Source of the DNA: Escherichia coli
GTDB lineage: Bacteria; Pseudomonadota; Gammaproteobacteria; Enterobacterales; Enterobacteriaceae
Assembly: GCF_030013595.1 (NCBI RefSeq)
Contig: NZ_CP122768.1
DNA length: 64,000 bases
Reading direction: 5' to 3' (one strand)
In this document: in pieces, positions 1 through 14,854 of the stretch
How positions within the stretch are numbered: the stretch's first letter is position 1
Layout: every line of letters starts with the position of its first letter
The notes under the pieces: generated by a model
Database searches by the model: none
Told to the model about the DNA's origin: nothing
The model's input: only the letters and a program-made list of their open reading frames with translations
Position numbers and translations under genes: made by a program

Positions 1-15
1 GGGAGTTGTATTCAT
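1..15 (-). CDS. trg: methyl-accepting chemotaxis protein Trg, first 5 codons only (gene runs off the left edge)
   Basis: Minus strand reads ATG AAT ACA ACT CCC = MNTTP at the edge, the Trg N-terminus as I recall it. Distance to hokB fits K-12 synteny. Confidence 0.5.
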
Positions 16-355
16 TACCGTTGTCTCTCGTCCAGGTTTACTCCTGATAGAAAGTCATCGGCACTTGACGGTAATTACTTATGACCAAAAACCTCTTTGC
101 GTCACATTTTTACAACAATTATGGCAGAGAAAATTAATGCTATTGGAATGAAGAGAGTAACGAATGGCTAAACTGGCTAACCCGAATGACGAAAAATTCT
201 GGAAAACAGCACGCAATTTCGTCAGGTGATTATTTTCGTCCCTAAGGAAACCACATAGGATGCTCACGGGTGCCTGAGACTTTCTGTTTTCAGGCTAACC
301 GGGAATCAGAAAGACGAAGGCCCCGACCGATATTTCTATCAACCGAGGCCAACGA

Positions 356-563
<208 letters not shown>

Positions 564-634
564 GGGCAAGCGCGGGGATTTTCCCCGCGCATCTGACTAG
601 CAGATTCATTTTCTCATGGCACCCCTTTTACACT

Positions 635-798
635 TCAGTTAGTGCATGTTTTTTTCGATGCACTAATAGAACCATCATTACAGACAAATTTGCCGCCTGC
701 CGTACAGTGTGAGATCCCCCCTTTCGAACCAGAACAGGGTTTGCGCCCGGCATCGGCAAAAAAGGAAACAAGCGCTCCTATAACCAAGATGTTTTCAT
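635..798 (-). pseudogene. ydcA: ydcA-like small secreted protein, frameshifted in the signal-peptide region
   Basis: The ATG at 798 stops after 6 codons (MKTSWL*). A shifted frame continues [47 protein letters not shown] (stop at 635-637). The ATG-to-stop span is 164 nt, not a multiple of 3. Confidence 0.6.
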
Positions 799-1042
799 AT
801 AACCTCCATGGTTTATCGAATCTTATGTTCGATTTGAACGTTATACGCTGGTTTATTTTGATACCGTTGATGAGATCAAAGATCGGGTGAATTGATTAAA
901 GATAAGCCAGATGGACGTATGGATAAGGATTATGGTTTTATTTGTCATACAAATAAATATAATAGGCGCTTCCGATGTAGACCCGTATTCTTCGCCTGTA
1001 CCACGGGTCGGTTTTAGTACAGGCGTTTTCTTTAAATATCCT

Positions 1043-1573
1043 TCAGGAACGTTTACGCGGCATCATGCGTAGAAGTGTGTTGTCCTTCCAGAAATAGTGG
1101 TGTGCCAGTGCAGCCGCAGCGTGCAACCCGATGACAAAATATCCCAGATTCGCCAGCATTTCATGCCACGACTTTAAGCTATCAACCCGTTCGAAATTGG
1201 CCTCTGATGCATAAGGCATCGTCAAACCAAACGCAAACCACGGGTTGCCTCGGTTATACATCATCACCAAACCAATCACTGGCAGCGCAATAAACAGGAG
1301 ATAAATCACCAAATGTCCCAAATGCGCCAGTCCCGTCATCATCGGTTTTGGCTTAGGTATAATCGGCGGGGTTGGGTATTTCAGCCTTAACAAAAGACGA
1401 ACGACCATCAGCACGAGAATTGATATGCCACAGGAAACATGAATCATGTTGATGAGTGGCCGATCGCTACGTGGGAAGAAACCCCGAAACTCCATTGCGC
1501 AATACGCTGCGATAACCAGCATAAAGACCAGCCAGTGAATGCTGATTTGTAACCTTGAGTATTTATTTCCCAT
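1043..1573 (-). CDS. cybB: cytochrome b561
   Basis: 176 aa from the internal ATG (MGNKYSRLQISIHWLV...). Multi-TM with conserved His. Synteny next to gapC. Confidence 0.9.
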   Translation of the reverse strand: MGNKYSRLQISIHWLVFMLVIAAYCAMEFRGFFPRSDRPLINMIHVSCGISILVLMVVRLLLRLKYPTPPIIPKPKPMMTGLAHLGHLVIYLLFIALPVIGLVMMYNRGNPWFAFGLTMPYASEANFERVDSLKSWHEMLANLGYFVIGLHAAAALAHHYFWKDNTLLRMMPRKRS

Positions 1574-1761
1574 AACATTTCCTGCTTTAACATAATTTTC
1601 CGTTAACATAACGGGCTTTTCTTAAAATTTCATTAAATATTGTTCACCCGTTTTCAGTACGTTACGTTTCACGGCAAGAATGTAGATTGCCCATCCCGCC
1701 ATCCTGGTCTAAGCCTGGAAAGGATCAATTTTCATCCGAACGTTCCTGACAGGAGAAGACC

Positions 1762-2763
1762 ATGAGTAAAGTTGGTATTAACGGTTTTGGTCGTATCGGT
1801 CGACTGGTGTTGCGTCGATTACTTGAAGTCAAAAGCAACATAGACATTGTCGCTATTAATGATCTCACTTCCCCAAAAATTCTCGCCTACCTGCTGAAAC
1901 ATGATTCAAACTACGGACCATTCCCCTGGAGCGTTGATTTTACGGAAGATTCACTTATCGTTGATGGAAAAAGTATCGCGGTTTACGCCGAAAAAGAGGC
2001 TAAAAATATTCCATGGAAAGCGAAAGGCGCAGAAATCATTGTCGAATGTACTGGCTTTTATACCTCCGCCGATAAATCGCAGGCGCACCTTGATGCTGGT
2101 GCGAAGAAGGTGTTGATTTCCGCCCCTGCCGGTGAAATGAAAACCATCGTTTATAACGTCAATGACGACACACTGGATGGCAACGACACCATTGTTTCCG
2201 TGGCGTCATGCACCACTAATTGTCTTGCACCGATGGCCAAAGCCTTGCACGACAGTTTCGGAATAGAAGTCGGCACGATGACGACCATTCATGCCTATAC
2301 CGGCACTCAGTCACTGGTGGATGGCCCGCGTGGTAAAGATTTACGTGCTTCACGCGCAGCGGCAGAAAATATCATTCCCCACACTACGGGGGCGGCAAAA
2401 GCCATTGGTCTGGTGATCCCGGAACTGAGCGGCAAACTGAAAGGTCATGCGCAACGCGTACCCGTGAAAACAGGTTCGGTGACTGAACTGGTGTCTATTC
2501 TTGGAAAAAAAGTGACTGCCGAAGAGGTGAACAACGCGCTTAAAAAGGCGACAAACAATAATGAGTCATTTGGTTATACCGATGAAGAAATAGTCTCTTC
2601 CGATATCATTGGCAGCCATTTCGGTTCGGTGTTTGATGCCACGCAAACGGAAATTACCGCCGTGGGCGATTTACAGCTGGTGAAAACGGTCGCCTGGTAC
2701 GATAACGAATATGGCTTCGTCACACAGCTCATTCGCACCCTCGAAAAATTCGCTAAACTCTGA
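1762..2763 (+). CDS. gapC: glyceraldehyde-3-phosphate dehydrogenase C (uninterrupted here)
   Basis: 333 aa. NAD motif [10 protein letters not shown] and active site [10 protein letters not shown] single open frame. Confidence 0.9.
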   Translation: MSKVGINGFGRIGRLVLRRLLEVKSNIDIVAINDLTSPKILAYLLKHDSNYGPFPWSVDFTEDSLIVDGKSIAVYAEKEAKNIPWKAKGAEIIVECTGFYTSADKSQAHLDAGAKKVLISAPAGEMKTIVYNVNDDTLDGNDTIVSVASCTTNCLAPMAKALHDSFGIEVGTMTTIHAYTGTQSLVDGPRGKDLRASRAAAENIIPHTTGAAKAIGLVIPELSGKLKGHAQRVPVKTGSVTELVSILGKKVTAEEVNNALKKATNNNESFGYTDEEIVSSDIIGSHFGSVFDATQTEITAVGDLQLVKTVAWYDNEYGFVTQLIRTLEKFAKL

Positions 2764-2770
2764 CGCACAC

Positions 2771-2793
2771 AGGCGGAGGAAAAACCTCCGCCT
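2771..2793. terminator. hairpin between convergent gapC and aldA
   Basis: AGGCGGAGG-aaaaa-CCTCCGCCT, a perfect 9-bp stem. Confidence 0.6.
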
Positions 2794-2803
2794 CTTCCAC
2801 TCA

Positions 2804-4243
2804 TTAAGACTGTAAATAAACCACCTGGGTCTGCAGATATTCATGCAGGCCATGTTTACCATCTGCGCCGCCAATACCGGATTTACGCCATCCGGCGTGG
2901 AAGCCTTGCATAGCTTCGAAGTTTTCACGGTTGATGTAAGTTTCACCAAACTTCAGCCCTTTAATGGCTTTCATCGCGACGTTCAGATTTTGGGTATAGA
3001 TTGATGAGGTCAGGCCGTAATCACTGTCATTCGCCATTGCGATAGCATCTTCCAGCGTGTCAAATGCGACCACCGGCAGAACCGGGCCAAAGGTTTCCTC
3101 ATGCATAATCGACATTTCCTGGCGAACATCCAGCAGCAATGTCGGCGGATAATAATATCCTTTCCCCTCTACCGCTTTGCCACCCAACGCCACTCTCGCC
3201 CCTTCTTCTACTGCGCGCGCCACTTTTTGCTCGACCCTTTCCAGCGCCGCGGCGTTAATCAACGGCCCCATCGCAATGTCGTTGCGTTCTGCGGGGTTAC
3301 CAAATTGAACCGCCTGCAACGCTTCACCCAGCCGATTGACGAACTGATCATAAATGCCTTTCTGTACATAAACACGTTCTGCACAGTTACACACTTGCCC
3401 ACTATTAATGACGCGTGAATCAACGATGGCTTTGACTGCCAGTTCAAGATCGGCATCGTCCATTACGATAGCTGGTGCTTTACCCCCCAATTCCAGGCAC
3501 ACTTTGGTGATGTTTTTCGCCGCAGTCGCCATGATCTTTTCACCTGCAGAGACGCTGCCTGTCATACTGACCATTGCGACCTTTGGGTTACCCGCCAGTT
3601 CTTGCCCAACGGTTTCACCACGCCCCAGAACAAGGTTAAACACGCCGCGCGGAAGGCCTATTTCATCGACGATTTTGGCGAATGCAATCGCATTGTTTGG
3701 CGTAAATTCACTGGGTTTAATGACAATGGTATTACCAGTCAAAAGAGCGGGAGCCATTTTGCGGGCAATGAGGAAGAACGGGAAGTTCCACGGCAGAATG
3801 CCGGTAGTCACACCAAGCGCACGTTTAAACAGAAGAATATTTTCTCCTGGACGATCGCTTTGAATAATCTCGCCCTCGTAACGCCGTGCCCACTCCGCCA
3901 TGTAATCGATATAGTCCGCAGTAAAAGCCACTTCGACTTCAGCCAGCTGCTGGATCTTGCCCCCTTCTTCAACAATCAGCGCACTGATTTCACTGGCGCG
4001 TTCGCGGATCCCGGCGGAGATTTTGCGCAACCAACTGGCGCGTTCAATGGCAGGCAACGCTTCCCATTCTGGTTGTGCACGTTCTGCTGCATCGATTGCC
4101 TTACGGGCATCCTCGGCCTGACCATCGGGAATGCGGGAAATGACAACCTCAGTAGCAGGGTTTACCACATCAATCCATGCGTCTCCACGCCAGGTAACAA
4201 ACTGTCCATCGATATACATAGGATGTTGAACGGGTACTGACAT
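2804..4243 (-). CDS. aldA: lactaldehyde / aldehyde dehydrogenase A
   Basis: 479 aa. ALDH motifs LELGGKAP and catalytic Cys in SGQVCNCAERV. Confidence 0.95.
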   Translation of the reverse strand: MSVPVQHPMYIDGQFVTWRGDAWIDVVNPATEVVISRIPDGQAEDARKAIDAAERAQPEWEALPAIERASWLRKISAGIRERASEISALIVEEGGKIQQLAEVEVAFTADYIDYMAEWARRYEGEIIQSDRPGENILLFKRALGVTTGILPWNFPFFLIARKMAPALLTGNTIVIKPSEFTPNNAIAFAKIVDEIGLPRGVFNLVLGRGETVGQELAGNPKVAMVSMTGSVSAGEKIMATAAKNITKVCLELGGKAPAIVMDDADLELAVKAIVDSRVINSGQVCNCAERVYVQKGIYDQFVNRLGEALQAVQFGNPAERNDIAMGPLINAAALERVEQKVARAVEEGARVALGGKAVEGKGYYYPPTLLLDVRQEMSIMHEETFGPVLPVVAFDTLEDAIAMANDSDYGLTSSIYTQNLNVAMKAIKGLKFGETYINRENFEAMQGFHAGWRKSGIGGADGKHGLHEYLQTQVVYLQS

Positions 4244-4401
4244 GGGCGACTCCTGTGATTTATATGTTTGTTTTCGGTGAATACATTGTTAATTAACATC
4301 AATCATCAAAGAGACGGCATCGTGAAAGGACAATTCTGTGAAGGGCTTCATAAAAACAAGTGTAAAAGGAATAAAAGGCAGAAATAAACGTCAGGAGTCA
4401 T

Positions 4402-4434
4402 GCCCGTTTGCAAACAAGTGGTTCACAAACGGGC
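4402..4434. terminator. hairpin downstream of ydcF
   Basis: GCCCGTTTG-N15-CAAACGGGC, 9-bp stem. The T-run is on the plus side only, so terminator function for ydcF is uncertain. Confidence 0.35.
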
Positions 4435-4439
4435 AATTT

Positions 4440-5240
4440 TTAACGTAACGAGCGACTTTCCATCGCCTCGATGAGCACCGCATCGTGTTTCAGCGTTTGC
4501 CATGCATGGATGACTTCTGCCGGAAAATCAACGTGAACGATAAAATCTCGCCCGCGGGGACCGTAGCCATCGCTATCATCGCGTAAACGCGGCAGCTCGC
4601 CAGTGAGTAGTGAGAGATAACGCTCAACCGGCCATAATCCTTGCAACGGATTAACAAAGATTACACTGTCTGCGTTGTTTCCTAGCTGAGGAACGAATCC
4701 GGGATAACTTAACCAGCGTGGTGCATCGGGATTGTCCCCAGTCATACGGCGGAACGTCGCCATCGTGCGCCGCTGCATGGTGGGGTCCTGAACAACGATA
4801 GCCGTATGAACTCGTTCTACGGCCTGATTCAATAGCGCGATGCTAAAGCGTGCGTTTTCACCGCAGTTTGTTGACTGGTCTTCAATCCAGATTTTTTCAT
4901 GCGGAATGTGCCAGAACTGATGAGCGATATCCGCCAGGATGGTAGCTTCTGCTCTGCCAGTGGTGCGGATAGTGTTGTAGTGCGGATGCTGTGCGATGGC
5001 ACTATACAAAAAAGTTGTCGAGTGACCGATACCACCACTAATCAGTAGAGGAATTTGCTGATCGCGGGCAATCTTGCATGCCGCATCGATAGTTGGCATA
5101 ACCGCATTGCCTGCAAGGATCACGCAATCGGCCTGATACGGCATCTCACCGGAGAAATCATCCTGCGCCAGCCACTGACCGATAACATTTATGGCATCTA
5201 TGGTTGCCGGCGAAAGCGTCGGAAACGGGGTAATGTTCAT
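4440..5240 (-). CDS. ydcF: DUF218 family protein YdcF
   Basis: 266 aa, recognised sequence ([23 protein letters not shown]...). Synteny. Confidence 0.9.
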   Translation of the reverse strand: MNITPFPTLSPATIDAINVIGQWLAQDDFSGEMPYQADCVILAGNAVMPTIDAACKIARDQQIPLLISGGIGHSTTFLYSAIAQHPHYNTIRTTGRAEATILADIAHQFWHIPHEKIWIEDQSTNCGENARFSIALLNQAVERVHTAIVVQDPTMQRRTMATFRRMTGDNPDAPRWLSYPGFVPQLGNNADSVIFVNPLQGLWPVERYLSLLTGELPRLRDDSDGYGPRGRDFIVHVDFPAEVIHAWQTLKHDAVLIEAMESRSLR

Positions 5241-5452
5241 GGTTCCTCCTTATCGTTTCCTTAAGAATACTGCGTGAGATAATAATGAGAAGCGGAGCAC
5301 TCTGAAAGGAGGAAGTCGTATTTCCTTAACCGCTACTCCGCAAGCCTGACATATCTTTTAAGGAAATGCTGTAGATAAACATTATTCATCTTGCAGCAGA
5401 GAATTGTATTTTTCTGAATTCCTGAATTTTTGCCCTTACCGTTTTAGAATTA

Positions 5453-5487
5453 ATAAAAAACCCGGCGCTAAATGCTTACCGGGTTTT
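5453..5487 (-). terminator. rho-independent terminator of hrpA
   Basis: Minus strand: AACCCGGTAAGCATTTAGCGCCGGGTT followed by TTTTTATT, 25 nt after the hrpA stop. Confidence 0.7.
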
Positions 5488-5511
5488 AGATTTATCAGGC
5501 AAATAGCAGTG

Positions 5512-8500
5512 TTAACCGCTAATCTGCTCCATCGCCTGCAAAATACGCTTATCTGAAATCGGATAAGGCGTACCAAGTTGTTGAGCGAAGTAACTAACGC
5601 GCAGCTCTTCTATCATCCAGCGGATCTCTTTCACGTCTTCATCCTCACGACGTGCGGGCGGCAGTTTGTTGATCCATTGCTGCCACGCCTGCTGGACGTT
5701 TTCGACTTTCAGCATCTGAGCACGGTCACGATGCGGATCAACCGCCAGTTTTTCCAGTCGTTTTTCAATCGCCTGCAAATAACGCAGCGTGTCGCCCAGC
5801 CGTTTAAAACCGTTGCCAGTGACAAAACCGCGATACACCAACCCGCCCATCTGCGCTTTGATGTCAGAAAGCCCCAGCGCCATAGTCATATCCACCCGCC
5901 CTTTCAGGCGTTTGTTGATATTGAAGACTGCAGTAAGGATTTGCTCGACCTGCTTCGCAATATCCACCACCGTGTCGTTCAGTTCAGCGCGGACTTTTTC
6001 ATGCAGCGCAGCAAAGCCTTCTTCCGTCCAGACCGGGCCACCATTGGCGTCGATCAGTTGATCCACACCGCAGGAGATACAGTCGTCGATCAGCTCCAGC
6101 ACTTTGCCATACGGGTTAAAGTACAGCCCCAGCTTGGCTTTGTTTGGCAACTTCTCATGCAAATATTTGATTGGCGAGGGAATATTCAGCAGCAGTAGAC
6201 GGCGAAGACCGTTCCACATTGCCTGCTTTTGTTCCAGCGGATTATCAAACAGTTTGATCGCCACGCTGTCGCGTTCATCCACTAGCGCTGGCCACGCCTT
6301 CACTTTATAGTTGCCACGCTTCTGTTCGTAGCTTTCCGGCAGCTGACCAAAACTCCAGATATGTAAGCCGCTCTGCTCGATACCGTCATCCGCCACCGCA
6401 GACAGCGTTTCCTGCACTTTGCCTTTCAGCGCATCTTTCAGATCTTGTAGAGAGCGCCCTTCTTTTAGCTTCTTGTTTTTGTCATCCACCACGCGGAAGG
6501 TGATTTTCAGGTGATCAGGCACCTGATCCCAGTGCCAGTCTTCGCGGTCAACGGTAACGCCGGTCATCCGCCGTAACTCGCGCTCAAGGCTGTCGAGCAA
6601 CGGTAACTCCAGCGGTGTGACGCGGCCTAAAAACGCTTCGGCGTAGTTTGGCGCGGGCACAAAATTACGGCGTACCGGTTTCGGCAACGATTTAATCAAT
6701 GCGATGATCAGTTCACGACGCAGGCCGGGGATTTGCCATTCAAACCCGCTCTCTTCTACCTGATCAAGCAGCGGCAGCGGAATATGCACGGTCACACCGT
6801 CCGCGTCCGCGCCTGGCTCAAACTGATAGCTCAAACGCAGCTTGAGATTGCCCTGATGCCAGAAGTTCGGATAATCCAGCTTGCTGATTTTTTCCGCCCC
6901 TTCTTTGATCAACATGCTCTTTTCAAAGTTGAGCAAATCAGGCGTTTCGCGGCTGACTTTTTTCCACCAGCTGTCGAAGTGACGTGCGGAGATTACATCG
7001 TGGCTGATGCGCTGGTCGTAGAACTCAAACAACGTTTCGTCATCAACCAGAATATCGCGGCGACGTGATTTGTGTTCCAGCTCTTCCACTTCGGCCCGCA
7101 GTTTCAGGTTTTCACGGAAGAATGCGTGACGCGTCTGCCAGTCACCTTCCACCAGCGCGTGGCGAATAAAGAGTTCACGACATAACGCCGGATCGATCTG
7201 GCTGTAGTTGACCTTACGCGCAGCAACAATCGGCAAACCATAAACAGTGACTTTTTCCGTTGCCATCACCGCGCCCTGCGCCCGTTCCCAGTGCGGTTCG
7301 CTGTAGGTGCGTTTAATCAAATGCTGAGCAACGGGTTCTACCCATTCAGGGTCGATACGTGCCGCAATGCGCCCCCACAGGCGGCTGGTTTCTACCAGTT
7401 CCGCCACCATTACCCATTTCGGCGGCTTTTTAAATAAGCCGGAACCGGGGAAAATGGAGAAACGCGCGTTACGTGCGCCGGTATATTCTTGTTTATCGGC
7501 ATCTTTCATGCCGATATGGGAAAGCAAACCGGTCAGTAAGGCGATGTGAATTTCGCGATACTCCGCCGGTTCGCTGTTAACCGGAATGCCAAGTTCTTTC
7601 ACTACCTGACGCAACTGGGTGTAGATATCCTGCCATTCGCGCACGCGCAGATAGTTGAGATAATCGGTACGACACAGGCGACGGAAGGCGTTAGAAGAAA
7701 GCGCCTTTTGCTGCTCGCCGAGATAATTCCACAGATTTACAAACGCGAGGAAGTCGGATTCTTTGTCGTGGAAGCGGCGATGTTTTTCGTCCGATGCCTG
7801 CTGTCTATCCATCGGACGCTCGCGCGGATCCTGAATGGAGAGCGCGGACGTGATAATCATCGCCTCACGCACGCAGCCATGTTTTTGCGCTTCCAGCACC
7901 ATACGCGCCAGACGTGGGTCGACAGGCAACTGCGAGAGCTGGCGACCGAGCGGCGTCAGTTTATAGGCGCTGGCCTGTTCATCCGTGGTGATCGCGCCCA
8001 GTTCTTCGAGCAGACGCACGCCATCCTGGATATTGCGTTTATCCGGTGCTTCTACAAACGGGAATGCGGCGATATCGCCCAACCCCAGCGCGGTCATCTG
8101 TAAAATAACCGAGGCCAGGTTGGTACGCAGAATCTCCGGATCGGTAAACTCCGGGCGCGAGAGGAAATCGTCTTCGGAATAGAGACGAATACAGATCCCT
8201 TCGGACACACGACCACAGCGGCCTTTACGCTGATTGGCAGACGCCTGCGAAATGGGCTCAATCGGCAAACGCTGCACTTTAGTGCGATAGCTGTAGCGGC
8301 TGATACGCGCCGTACCTGGGTCGATAACGTATTTAATCCCCGGTACGGTCAGCGACGTTTCCGCGACGTTGGTCGCCAGCACAATGCGCCGTCCACTGTG
8401 CGACTGGAACACGCGGTTCTGTTCGCTGTTCGAAAGCCGCGCATAAAGCGGCAAGATTTCGGTATGGCGTAAGTTCAGCTTGTTCAGCGCATCGGCGGTA

Positions 8501-9414
8501 TCGCGAATTTCCCGCTCACCACTCATAAAGATCAGAATGTCGCCAGGGCTTTCCTGACTCAGTTCGTCTACGGCGTCAAAAATCGCCTGCAACTGATCGC
8601 GCTCGGTGTCATCGGCTTCTTCAACAATCGGGCGATAGCGCACTTCCACCGGATAGGTCCGACCGGAGACTTCGATAATCGGCGCATTATTAAAGTGGCG
8701 CGAAAAGCGTTCCGGGTCGATAGTCGCGGAAGTGATAATGATTTTTAGGTCAGGACGCCGCGGCAGCAACTCTTTCAAATAGCCGAGCAGAAAATCGATA
8801 TTCAGGCTACGTTCGTGCGCTTCGTCAATAATGATAGTGTCGTACTGCATCAGCAGGCGGTCTTGCTGGATCTCCGCCAGCAGGATACCGTCGGTCATCA
8901 GCTTGACCATCGTGTTATCACTTACGTGATCGCTGAAACGCACTTTGTAACCGATGCAACCGCCCGGCTCCGTTTTCAGCTCTTCCGCAATACGGTTCGC
9001 CACCGTTCGTGCCGCCAGGCGACGCGGTTGGGTATGACCGATCAGCCCTTTAATCCCGCGCCCCAGCTCCATACAGATTTTCGGTAGCTGAGTCGTTTTA
9101 CCGGAACCGGTTTCCCCGGCGACGATCACCACCTGGTGATCACGAATCGCGTCGAGAATGTCCTGCTTTTTCTGACTAACCGGCAAATTGTCGGGATAAG
9201 TGATTTCCGGTCGTGCCGCTTCACGCAGCAGTACTTTCCCTGCCGCCTGGTCAATCTCTTTCGCCATCTCCTGGAAAATGGCCTGTTGTGCATCAGGATT
9301 TTTAACCTTCTTAACACCGTGCAGACGGCGAGAAAAACGCTGTCTGTCGCGCAGCATCAGCGAATCCAGCCGCTGCTGCAAGGCCGTAAAGGTCAATTTT
9401 TGTTGTTCTGTCAT
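5512..9414 (-). CDS. hrpA: ATP-dependent RNA helicase HrpA (DEAH-box)
   Basis: 1300 aa. Walker A GETGSGKT and IIIDEAHERS DEAH motif. Confidence 0.95.
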   Translation of the reverse strand: MTEQQKLTFTALQQRLDSLMLRDRQRFSRRLHGVKKVKNPDAQQAIFQEMAKEIDQAAGKVLLREAARPEITYPDNLPVSQKKQDILDAIRDHQVVIVAGETGSGKTTQLPKICMELGRGIKGLIGHTQPRRLAARTVANRIAEELKTEPGGCIGYKVRFSDHVSDNTMVKLMTDGILLAEIQQDRLLMQYDTIIIDEAHERSLNIDFLLGYLKELLPRRPDLKIIITSATIDPERFSRHFNNAPIIEVSGRTYPVEVRYRPIVEEADDTERDQLQAIFDAVDELSQESPGDILIFMSGEREIRDTADALNKLNLRHTEILPLYARLSNSEQNRVFQSHSGRRIVLATNVAETSLTVPGIKYVIDPGTARISRYSYRTKVQRLPIEPISQASANQRKGRCGRVSEGICIRLYSEDDFLSRPEFTDPEILRTNLASVILQMTALGLGDIAAFPFVEAPDKRNIQDGVRLLEELGAITTDEQASAYKLTPLGRQLSQLPVDPRLARMVLEAQKHGCVREAMIITSALSIQDPRERPMDRQQASDEKHRRFHDKESDFLAFVNLWNYLGEQQKALSSNAFRRLCRTDYLNYLRVREWQDIYTQLRQVVKELGIPVNSEPAEYREIHIALLTGLLSHIGMKDADKQEYTGARNARFSIFPGSGLFKKPPKWVMVAELVETSRLWGRIAARIDPEWVEPVAQHLIKRTYSEPHWERAQGAVMATEKVTVYGLPIVAARKVNYSQIDPALCRELFIRHALVEGDWQTRHAFFRENLKLRAEVEELEHKSRRRDILVDDETLFEFYDQRISHDVISARHFDSWWKKVSRETPDLLNFEKSMLIKEGAEKISKLDYPNFWHQGNLKLRLSYQFEPGADADGVTVHIPLPLLDQVEESGFEWQIPGLRRELIIALIKSLPKPVRRNFVPAPNYAEAFLGRVTPLELPLLDSLERELRRMTGVTVDREDWHWDQVPDHLKITFRVVDDKNKKLKEGRSLQDLKDALKGKVQETLSAVADDGIEQSGLHIWSFGQLPESYEQKRGNYKVKAWPALVDERDSVAIKLFDNPLEQKQAMWNGLRRLLLLNIPSPIKYLHEKLPNKAKLGLYFNPYGKVLELIDDCISCGVDQLIDANGGPVWTEEGFAALHEKVRAELNDTVVDIAKQVEQILTAVFNINKRLKGRVDMTMALGLSDIKAQMGGLVYRGFVTGNGFKRLGDTLRYLQAIEKRLEKLAVDPHRDRAQMLKVENVQQAWQQWINKLPPARREDEDVKEIRWMIEELRVSYFAQQLGTPYPISDKRILQAMEQISG

Positions 9415-9605
9415 AACGTTAGTGGGCAGTAGGCTGCCTGATTAATTTTCTTTTAAATGATAGATATAGAGTACCACATCGCGGCTTTCTATGCGTTGTT
9501 CAATAAATTCGAACATAGGCTTCGATTTATTGCGCTATCTCTGTGGCAGGATTGTGAATAAAGTGTCAGCAAGCAACGGGGCATCGCCCATTCAAACATC
9601 TATAA

Positions 9606-10220
<615 letters not shown>

Positions 10221-10234
10221 CCGGACACGATCTT

Positions 10235-10264
10235 GATGTGGACTGTAGATATTCAGTCCACATC
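10235..10264. terminator. hairpin between convergent azoR and ynbD
   Basis: GATGTGGACTG-N8-CAGTCCACATC, a perfect 11-bp stem. No clear U-tract. Confidence 0.45.
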
Positions 10265-10273
10265 TCAATCCGC

Positions 10274-13280
<3,007 letters not shown>

Positions 13281-13352
13281 CGCTGTATTATCACTGGTGG
13301 TAAAAAAATGTTCCCCAGGGATGCGTGAATTTTACATTTTCTCTATTTTCCT

Positions 13353-14249
13353 TCAGTAACAGCAGTAGCGAATAAAATAAAAAAATACCGGAGCGGTGAA
13401 AATTAATGAGTCAATCCTGTCAAGGAGTCCGCCATGTCCTGGTAATAGTTTTCCACTATCTTTAACACCAATATCTCGTTTGATGGCTGACATCACTACA
13501 TCGCCGCAAAAACCACTAATACCAATTAACAAACCCGCTAATAATGCCTGTAATGTATCTAGCGGTGTCAGCAACGGTCCAATAATCAGTGACGCAATCA
13601 TGGTGGTGATTACGCCGCCCATCAGACCTTCCAATGTTTTTCCCGGGCTGACTTTAGGGACCACTTTTCTTCTGCCGCAGGATTTTCCCCATAAATACTG
13701 TGCAATATCGTTTGACTCGGTTAATGCCAAAAGAAATAACACCAGTAACGCCCCGCCCTGGATATTTGTGGTTGGCAACATTAATAACCAGGCGGCATGA
13801 CTCAAGGCGAAAACGGTCATTATCCAGCCACAAAAAATGGCGCTCACGGTATGCAGAAAACCGGAGGGGTCACCCACTAAAACTCGCCAGGTGGCTAATA
13901 TCAGAAACCCAGCCAAAGGTATAAATAACAGAAACAGCTCAAAGCAATTAAAACCGATAAGCAAATAGTTAAGAGGAATACCCCAATATAACCAACGCGG
14001 AAAATGTACAGATATAAGCGTACAATATTCTTTCAATGCCAGAAAACTTATCAGCGCAAAAAACGTCAACGTCATCCAGCGTGGACCTGAAATCACCATT
14101 GAAAAACAAATGACGATGCCCCACCAGGTACGAATACGTAATGTAACTTCATCCCCTTTTCTCTCCGGTAACCGCCATACCAGAAAACGGTTTATCAGCG
14201 TTGCTAAAATTAACAACGCGAAAAGTGTTGCCAGAGATTTTTCCAGCAT
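13353..14249 (-). CDS. ynbB: phosphatidate cytidylyltransferase (CdsA paralogue)
   Basis: 298 aa, multi-TM. CDS signature SAIKRDIGVKDSGKLLPGHGGLLDRIDS. Confidence 0.9.
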   Translation of the reverse strand: MLEKSLATLFALLILATLINRFLVWRLPERKGDEVTLRIRTWWGIVICFSMVISGPRWMTLTFFALISFLALKEYCTLISVHFPRWLYWGIPLNYLLIGFNCFELFLLFIPLAGFLILATWRVLVGDPSGFLHTVSAIFCGWIMTVFALSHAAWLLMLPTTNIQGGALLVLFLLALTESNDIAQYLWGKSCGRRKVVPKVSPGKTLEGLMGGVITTMIASLIIGPLLTPLDTLQALLAGLLIGISGFCGDVVMSAIKRDIGVKDSGKLLPGHGGLLDRIDSLIFTAPVFFYFIRYCCY

Positions 14250-14854
14250 TATCTTTCAGCGCTCATAAGAAGCACACTCCGACAACGATTAATCGCAGTC
14301 CAGAGAAGCAGAATTGAAGTAATGCTCCATAAAAGATTATTCCATTGCATCCATTGTGGATAAATGGCAATGGCCAGCCCCCACAAACCAAATATTAACG
14401 CGCGATCGCTTTTGCCAAATGGACCGACATAACTACGAATACCGTTAATCGTCTGCGCGAGTAAACCGCAAAACTCGGTCAATATGGTGCAAAATAACAT
14501 GAGTATCACGAGTGATGCATTACTTTCAGGTAAAAATAAAAACGGTAAATAGAGCGCAATATCGGAAATAACATCGCCAGTCTCATTCAAAATCGCCCCA
14601 AGACGTGTTTGCTGATTGCACTCACGCGCCAACATGCCATCCAGCGCATTGAGTGCCATACGAATAAAAAGCACGATGGGCAATAGCAGAAACATGCCAG
14701 GATATGGCACCAACGCCAACAACAAACCGGTGAGAAGAGAAAGTGCCAAAGCGGCAAGTGTGATCTGATTTGCAGACACTTGCAGCTTATGAAGCCAAAA
14801 CATCGTCGGCCTTAACAGCGACTGAAAGAGCGGTTTTATCTGGTAGAGCGTCAT
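14249..14854 (-). CDS. ynbA: CDP-alcohol phosphatidyltransferase family protein
   Basis: 201 aa from MTLYQIK. Motif DGMLARECNQQTRLGAILNETGDVISD. Its stop overlaps the ynbB start. Confidence 0.9.
   Translation of the reverse strand: MTLYQIKPLFQSLLRPTMFWLHKLQVSANQITLAALALSLLTGLLLALVPYPGMFLLLPIVLFIRMALNALDGMLARECNQQTRLGAILNETGDVISDIALYLPFLFLPESNASLVILMLFCTILTEFCGLLAQTINGIRSYVGPFGKSDRALIFGLWGLAIAIYPQWMQWNNLLWSITSILLLWTAINRCRSVLLMSAER

Noticed and set aside
79-267. 62-aa minus-strand ORF in the trg-hokB spacer
   Set aside because: There is no SD or recognisable features, and K-12 has no gene here.
642-890. 82-aa plus-strand ORF between hokB and cybB
   Set aside because: It lies antisense to the ydcA remnant, whose Cys-rich frame is recognisable. 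No SD.
3408-4240. 151-aa and 212-aa plus-strand ORFs inside aldA (similar antisense ORFs occur in hrpA, ydbK and ydbH)
   Set aside because: They are antisense to conserved enzymes, with no SD and biased composition. Typical long shadow frames in GC-balanced genes.
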